A stretch of 64,000 nt of DNA from assembly GCF_963921235.1 (NCBI RefSeq), contig NC_086097.1, positions 175,586,001 to 175,650,000 of the forward strand, read 5' to 3'. The DNA is from Mobula hypostoma (taxonomy: Eukaryota). The translations under genes and the position numbers were made by a program. How positions within the stretch are numbered: the stretch's first letter is position 1; every line of letters starts with the position of its first letter. Shown one piece after another: positions 61,650 through 64,000 of this stretch. The notes beneath the pieces were generated by a model. That model was not told the origin of the DNA. It ran no database searches and worked only from the letters and a program-made list of their open reading frames with translations.

Positions 61650-63890
61650 GGGGAGCCCTGCTGGCAGCCAATGGGGTAACATCTTTTTGAACTTGCTCCT
61701 ACCTTATCTATCTTTTTGTTTCCTACCAGTTTTTTGAAACCTTATAATAAATCTCAATATTGCTCTATTTATGTCAATGAGAAAGACTGAAGCCGATGCA
61801 ACAGAAAAAGAAGATGATTCTCCAACCACTTTGGAATCAATTGGAGATTTCCTTTAAAAGCAAGGAACAAAACTTTCTAAGGAATTTCAACATCTTAACG
61901 TCAAGTTGGACGCTATTCAACAAACTCTAATCGAACATGAAAAGCAAATTAAGGAGAATAAAGAAACTTCGTCGATACTGGAAGCGGACTTAGAAGACAT
62001 GAGTAAGCTCTGCAAAAAATTATCATTATATGATGAAAAATTAACAAAGAAGATTACCAACCTGGAAAGCAGAAACAGAAGGAACAATCTACATATTCTG
62101 GGTCTTGAAGAATCAATTAAAGGTGCCCAGCAAACGGAGTTCTTTGCAAGCTTTCTGAAGCAGCTATTCCCTGATTTATTGCCATCTGTGCCTAAGTTGG
62201 ACTGCACCCACCGGTCACTGGCCCCCAAATCAAAGTCAGGAGAGCGACCTAGGTCGGTTATTTTACAGTTTCATGAATTTCATACTAAGGAGCTTTTAAG
62301 CTGTCATACCCGTCAAATAGGAATGATCAATTACGACGGGAAGATGATCAGATTCGTGGAAGATTATACACCGAAGGTTATGGCTGAAGGTGGCAAGTAT
62401 AAAGAGGTCATGTCGCTGCTCTATTACCAAGGGTTTAAGTCCTCCCTTCGCTTCCCCACACTTCTTAGAATCTTTCAGAAAAATGGTGTGCAGAAATGGC
62501 TGGGATCGGTTGAACACGCACAGAAGTTTTTGAAAGCAGAAGATTAATTGTGTTATATCTTTTACAAGAGCAATTATCTTTTTAATGTTGGATAGAATAA
62601 GGTTTTAATAAACTTGTGTTTTGACCATTTATATATCTTGTTTTTGATATTTTCTTTGATATTTATTACTTTTTTTGAGCTTTTTCTATATACATTTGTT
62701 TTTGAAATTGTTAAAATGAATCCTCATGTTTTAGATTTCTGATCTAAGTTTTTTTTGCCTGTTTTGTCTTGGTAGGAACATAATAACCTTGAATGATTGG
62801 AGTTTTGCCAGCAGGATTTCTTTGGGAGGGTTGTCTTTAGGGTTTAGCATGCCGACTGTCCTTTGGCCGGCTTTTTGGCTTTGGGAGGGGGAGGAGGGTG
62901 GGGTCTCTTTTTTCTTTTTTCTCTGGGAGCTGTTTGGGCTACCATCAAAATTTTCTGTTTGAGTACCTTATTTTATGGTTCGTTCTCTGGTTCTAATAAT
63001 TTATGGTCAGATCTTTTAACTCTTCTGTTAATTAGTATTTAAAATGGATCGAAATATTAATTTACGTAGTTTTAATGTGCAGGGGTTAAATCATCCTGTG
63101 AAACAGAATAAGATTTTTGCTTATATTAAAAAGTTAAGGGCCCCCATTATTTTTCTACAAGAAACGCATGTATGTAGTTGTGACAATGCACGCCATTTTA
63201 ATCGGTGGAGGGTCTACAATTTCATTCTTCATTCAGAGAAAAATCTTGAGGGGTCTCGATTTTTATAGACAATACAATTTATTTTCTCCAACATAAAGTT
63301 GTGTCTGACACTAATGGGCGATTTGTTATAGTGTCAGGGAAACTAGATAATAAATTAATTGTATTTGCTAATGTGTACGCCCCCAATGTGGATGACCCAG
63401 GATTTTTTGAGTGTTTCTTTTCATTCCTGCCGTATTTGAGTCTTTATTCTTTAGTGATGGGAGGAGATTTTCCAGACCCAGTATTAGATTGTTCTTCTCT
63501 TAAATCAGCCACACCTAATAAATCAGCTTTATTTATTCAATCCTTTCTAACGAAATGTGATATTGTTAATGTCTGGTGTTTTTTTCACCCAGCAGAAAGG
63601 GAGTATTCATTCTTCTCTCATGTCCATCATTCCAATACCAGGATTTTTTTTTTATTGATAGTCAAATAATTCCATTAATTTGATCCATTGAATATAAAGA
63701 AATAGCTGTATCCGACCATTCTCCTGTATTTCTATCTTTAAATCTTCCTGGTTTCACTCATATGAACAGATCCTGGCGTTTTAATTTACCTTTGTTATCT
63801 AATAAGGATCTCTAAAGTTTCTGGAGAATCAAATTACTTTTTTTTTGAAGAAAATGCGTTGGAAGAGACTTCCAGTCTTATCATTTGGGA
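61650..63890 (+). mobile_element. L1/Tx1-clade LINE 5' part: 5'UTR, ORF1 (61771..62547, one in-frame stop at 61855), spacer, start of ORF2 (63044)
   Basis: ORF1 coiled coil plus ESRNRRNNLHILGLEE (L1 ORF1 RRM motif); ORF2 SFNVQGLNHPVK...FLQETH, NVYAPN, GGDF; interrupted by a CR1 at 63891. Confidence 0.88.
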
Positions 63891-64000
63891 CAATAGACAA
63901 TAGGTGCAGGAGTAGGCCATTTAGCCCTTCGAGCCAGCACCATTCACTGTGATCATGGCTGATCATCCACAATTAGTACCTTGTTCCTGCCTTGTCCCCC
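63891..64000 (-). mobile_element. CR1 3' end (subfamily-A-like) inserted into the L1
   Basis: (GACAATA)2 tail followed by GGTGCAGGAGTAGGCCATT, same 3'UTR as 32820-32900. Confidence 0.8.

Overview
Vertebrate genomic DNA, most likely from a cartilaginous fish (inferred from the repeat complement of CR1, L1/Tx1, Penelope-like, Rex/Babar, V-SINE-like and Deu-SINE-like elements). The window lies inside one + strand gene, TRAPPC8 (TRAPPIII subunit, yeast Trs85 orthologue). Fourteen consecutive internal coding exons (1916-61518; 2060 nt, about 686 codons) were read by hand. All have AG/GT borders and matching phases. The start and end of the gene lie outside the window. Introns (98 bp to about 13 kb) are filled with retroelements: two near-full-length antisense CR1 LINEs (zinc-finger/esterase ORF1 plus APE-RT ORF2), three sense-strand L1/Tx1-clade LINEs, Penelope-like (GIY-YIG) remnants, Rex/Babar, Tc1/mariner and hAT MITEs, and SINEs. 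The most interesting signal is a Penelope-derived short module carrying a minimal hammerhead-ribozyme motif (CUGAUGA-A-stemII-GAAA-CG-UC). It occurs many times. One copy is intact on the pre-mRNA strand. Several others form head-to-head palindromes fused just upstream of the ribozyme, two of them bounded by 14-bp target-site duplications. Other notable points are an L1 with its 5' end and TSD but no ORF1, a CRE/NRF1-like motif shared by divergent CR1 5'UTRs, and a nested hAT MITE with a displaced end. All family assignments are by eye; no database searches were run.
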